NCBI RefSeq assembly: GCF_046119375.1 | Contig: NW_027362772.1 | Location: forward strand, 311,488,001-311,552,000 | From: Phyllobates terribilis | Lineage: Eukaryota | DNA length: 64,000 nt | Reading direction: 5' to 3' | In this document: positions 59,924 to 64,000 of the stretch, in pieces | Position numbering within the stretch: the first letter of the stretch is position 1 | Layout of the letters: each line of letters starts with the position of its first letter | Position numbers and translations under genes: made by a program | Notes under the pieces: generated by a model | Told to the model about the DNA's origin: nothing | The model's database searches: none | What the model saw: only the letters and a program-made list of their open reading frames with translations

Positions 59924-62900
59924 TGTTACGGGTCCGGGTGGTGGAACCTCTGTGCCGAGGTGCAAGGAGGGACCCAGAGGGGCGTGACTAAGTATCCACC
60001 CGAACCGACCCTGGTCGTACGCCAGCAAACGACACCGTGACCAGGGAGGATCCGGGCTGAGGGACCAGGTGCTACTCTGGGGACGACCTTGTAAGAGAGC
60101 AGGTGGCTCCCACAGGTCAGATGGCAGGGACTGACCAGTATGGCGGATGGACACGGCAAGCAGGCGGAAGTCTCTGGTAGCAGACAGGTGGTCACAGTTC
60201 GAGAAAGCAGGGCAAGTAGCAGTCTTTAGGTTTACCAGGAAGGTGGTCACAGCAAGTGACGGCAGGGTCTCCAGGCAAGGCTGGCAGGAAACAGGCAGGT
60301 GCTCCCAGGTGAGCAGGCAGACAGATGAGGCAGGTAACTGGCAGGTAACTGGTGGGTGCTCCCAGGTGAGCCGGCAGACAGACGAGGCAGGTAACAGGTG
60401 GGCGCTCCCAGGTGAGCGGTCTGACAGACAAGGCAGCCGGATGCTCCCAGGTGAGCGGACAGATAGCCAAGGCAGGTAACCGACAGGTAACAGGTGAGCG
60501 CTCCAGGTGAGCAGGCTGGCAGGTAACGGGCAGGCAGGACGAGAAGTCAGGCTAGCAGCGGGACCTGAGGGCTGAAGCACAGATCAGACACAGTGCAAAC
60601 AACTTTGCTCGGGCACCTCCATTTTGGAGGAGGTGCCTTATATATGGGAGGTCCTCCGGCAATTGGCCGGGGACTCCTTAGGACGGCGCGCGGTCCCTTT
60701 AAGAGAGGGGGAGCGCGCGCGCGCCCTAAGCACACAGCCGGGGAAGGAGCGCGTGCCGGAAGCAGCGGGGACAGAAGCGCTAGAGGACGCCGCGCCAGGA
60801 GCGGGAAGGTTAGAGGGACGGCGTCTCTGCCTAGCAAGGGGCAGAGACGCCGATGCTACAGTACCCCCCCCCCCCTTTAGGCCCCCTCTTTTTTAGGCCA
60901 GAAAGAAATTTTTCAAGGAGAAGCGGGGCGTTGATGTTCTCCCTGGGTTCCCAAGTTCTCTCCTCGGGACCAAATCCCTTCCAATCTACCAGAAAAAAGG
61001 TCTTTCCTCTTACCCTCTTGGTGGCCAGAATACTGTCTACCTCAAAGACGTCTTCAGCGGAAACCGGAGCAGGGGGAGCACCTGGATTGTTGGAAAAAGA
61101 GTTAAAGACAACGGGTTTGAGGAGAGATACGTGGAAGGAGTTGGGAATCCGTAAGGTGGCCGGGAGTTTTAATTTGTAGGCCACTGGATTAATTTGCCTG
61201 AGGATTTCGAAAGGGCTGATGAAGCGAGGACCTAACTTGTAGGAGGGTATCTTGAGCCGTACATGTTTGGAGGAGAGCCAAACCTTGTCCCCCGGACGGA
61301 ATTGAGGCGGATCCAGACGTCTCTTATCAGCATATTTCTTCATCCGCTCGGAGGACAGAAGAAGTGCGGACCTAGTGCTCTCCCAAATAGTAGAAAACTC
61401 GCTGACAAGAGACTGCGCGGCAGGGTTGTCCACAGAGGCGGAGACGGGAAACGGAATCCGGAGGTGCTGGCCATAGACAATAAAGAACGGGGACTTGGAA
61501 GAGGATTCACTCTCGTGGTTATTATAAGAGAACTCGGCCCAAGGAAGGAGGTCCACCCAATCAGAATGGTGGGCATTAACAAAGTGCCGGAGATAGCTGG
61601 TAAGGATCTGATTGATCCGCTCCACTTGACCATTGAACTGAGGGTGGTAAGCGGAGGAGAAATCCAGGGTGACGTCTAGCAGTTTACATGTGGCTCTCCA
61701 GAAGCGTGAGGTGAACTGAACCCCTCGATCCGACACGATGTGGAGGGGTAGGCCATGGAGACGGAAGATATGACAAAGAAATCCTTGGCCAGCTCAGGTG
61801 CAGACGGGAGACCAGGCAGGGGAATGAAGTGGGCCATTTTAGAAAAGCGGTCCGCGACTACCCAAATGACAGTACACCCGGCAGAAACAGGGAGATCGGT
61901 AATGAAGTCCATAGCGATGTGTTGCCACGGGGCAACAGGTATGGGAAGCGGCAGGAGATGACCAGCTGGTAAGTGTCTGGGAACTTTGTTGCGACCACAA
62001 GATGAACAGGCAGAGACGAAGTCTACCACATCCTTACGCAGGGTAGACCACCAGTAATGCCGGGAAATGAGTAGGAAGGTCTTCTTTTGGCCGGCATGGC
62101 CAGCTAGTTTAGAAGAATGACCCAGAACCTTCTCACGGTCAGGAGCCGCCACGAATGTCTTGCCGGGTGGTAGACGAGTCAAATCCAAGGGGGCCACATT
62201 CATCACCTTGGAGGGGTCGATAATGTGCATAGGCTCCTCCTCTTGGTCGGAGGACAGGAAGGATCGAGACAAGGCATCAGCTTTGACATTTTTGTCCGCC
62301 GGGCGGAAATGAAGGATGAAATCGAAGCGGGCAAAATACAAAGACCACCGGGCCTGACGTGGATTAAGTCTCTGGGCATTTTGGAGATATGCCAGGTTTT
62401 TGTGATCCGTGTAGATGATCACCGGGTATAGAGCCCCTTCAAGCAGATAGCACCACTCTTCAAGCGCCAATTTGACGGCCAGCAGTTCTCGGTCTCCTAT
62501 GGAGTAATTGTGCTCAGAGGAGGAGAAGATTTTGGAGAAAAAGCCGCAGGTTACCATTCTCCCAGATGAAGACTTTTGGGTGAGCACCGCTCCGGCTCCA
62601 GAAGAGGAAGCATCAACCTCCAGGTAGAACTGTTTGTTGCAGTCCGGACGGTGCCGCACAGGGGCAGAGGAGAAGGCTTGCTTCAGGGAAAGGAAGGCCT
62701 CCTCAGCTTCGGATGACCATACCTTGGGATTTGCTCCCTTACGGGTGAGCGCAGATATGGGCGCAGTCCGTGACGAGAAGTGAGGAATGAAGAGACGATA
62801 GTAATTAGCGAAGCCCAGGAATCGCTGTATCGCCTTCAAGCCCTCCGGACGGGGCCACTTTAGGACAGCAGAGAGCTTCTCGGGATCCATTCGCAAGCCT

Positions 62901-64000
62901 GTCTGGGAGATAACATAGCCTAGAAATGGAAGAGAGGTCTGCTCAAAAAGGCACTTCTCGTATTTAGCATAGAGGTGGTTCTGCCTGAGCCTAAGCAGGA
63001 CGTGACGAACATCCCTCCGGTGTGTGGGAAGATCCGGAGAGAAGACCAAGATGTTGTCCAGGTATACCACCACGCAGGAGTAAAGAAGGTCACGGAAGAT
63101 GTCGTTGACCAGTTCTTGGAAGACGGCGGGAGCATTGCAGAGACCGAAGGGCATCACACGGTACTCATAGTGTCTGTCCCGGGTATTAAATGCTGTTTTC
63201 CACTCGTCTCCCTGACGGATACGGACCAGGTTATATGCTCCACGTAGATTCAGCTTGGAAAAGATCCTGGCACCTTTAAGGCGATCAAATAACTCAGAGA
63301 TGAGCGGAAGGGGGTATTTATTTTTAACCGTGATCTGATTGAGTCCTCTATAGTCAATACAGGGGCGTAGCGAGCCATCCATTTTTTTGACAAAGAAGAA
63401 TCCGGCTCCAGCCGGGGAAGTAGACTTCCGGATGAATCCCCTGGCCAGATTTTCCTCTATGTACTCAGACATGGCCCGGGTTTCAGCCGCAGACAACGGA
63501 TAAATACGCCCACGGGGTGGAGTGGCGCTAGGTACCAGGTCGATCGGGCAATCATATGGCCTATGAGGTGGCAATGTCTCTGCTTCCTTTTTACCGAAGA
63601 CATCAGCATAGGGCCAGTAAGGAGCCGGAAGACCGGGTAAATTAGCTGGGGTAGGTGGAGGACGAACCGGAACCAGGCAGGTCTTATGGCAGAGCGGCCC
63701 ACACCGGAGTACTTCACCGGAATGCCAGTTCAACACGGGTTCATGTGTCTGGAGCCAAGGTAGGCCTAGCAATAGGGAGTGGGAGATTCCGGGCAACACA
63801 TGGAAGGAGATTACCTCAGAGTGCAGCATTTCCACCTGCAGGGTTATGGGTTCCGTGACGAGCAGGATGGTCACCGAAAGGAGTCTTCCATCCACGGAGG
63901 CGACTGACAAAGGTTCAGCCAGAGACTTGGTGGGAATATGGTATTTCTCAACCAGGGACTGAGAGATGAGGTTTCCAGCGGATCCAGAGTCCAGATGGGC
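59924..64000 (-). mobile_element. Ty3/Gypsy chromodomain LTR retrotransposon (3' LTR 60860-59924, PPT ~60861-60890, pol continues off the right edge)
   Basis: LTR TG..CA; poly-G PPT; PR LDSG (63992-63984), RT, RNase H, integrase HHCC and SDRG motifs, GPF motif, chromodomain (FEVDSILATK..FLVDWKGFGPEERTWEP). Confidence 0.95.
60880..64000 (-). pseudogene. Gypsy pol (PR-RT-RH-IN-chromo), inactivated
   Basis: Frameshift near 61780 inside the integrase; YLDD changed to YLDN and KLDLR changed to KLNLR. Confidence 0.88.

Noticed and set aside
57750-59991. Domesticated ZBED gene
   Set aside because: Multiple frameshifts, loss of the catalytic core segment and interruption by an LTR.
59924-60860. Neighbouring Gypsy as helper of the CSD elements (both LTRs start TGTAGCA)
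   Set aside because: The rest of the LTR, the other terminus and the PPT differ, this copy is dead, and chromoviruses usually make 5-bp TSDs; a 7-bp match alone is weak.

Overview
Vertebrate genomic DNA, almost certainly a frog (inferred from the gene orthologies, the V-SINE, Tc1, hAT and Gypsy content, and the dense GC-rich minisatellites). There is one assembly gap (5587-5727). Four host genes are present in the order SRPRA (minus, exons 1-3) / FOXRED1 (plus, 11 coding exons, complete) / (6-4) photolyase cry5 (minus, 10 coding exons, complete) / TIRAP (plus, TIR exon). About half of the window is tandem repeat, and several arrays visibly grew out of local sequence: an exon-intron junction, a SINE head, and two Tc1 remnants. 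The right end holds a nested Tc1 > hAT > chromodomain-Gypsy stack. The standout is a pair of young, complete 4.7-kb LTR elements (37012-41700 and 42094-46867). Each has ~1.2-kb TG..CA LTRs, a 4-bp TSD, a tRNA-Ser PBS and a PPT, and both sit in the same 86-bp satellite. Neither carries pol or a recognisable gag zinc knuckle. Instead each carries one 529/570-aa ORF ending in a Y-box/LIN28-type cold-shock domain that shows clear signs of purifying selection. All coordinates and alignments were done by eye; no database search was run.
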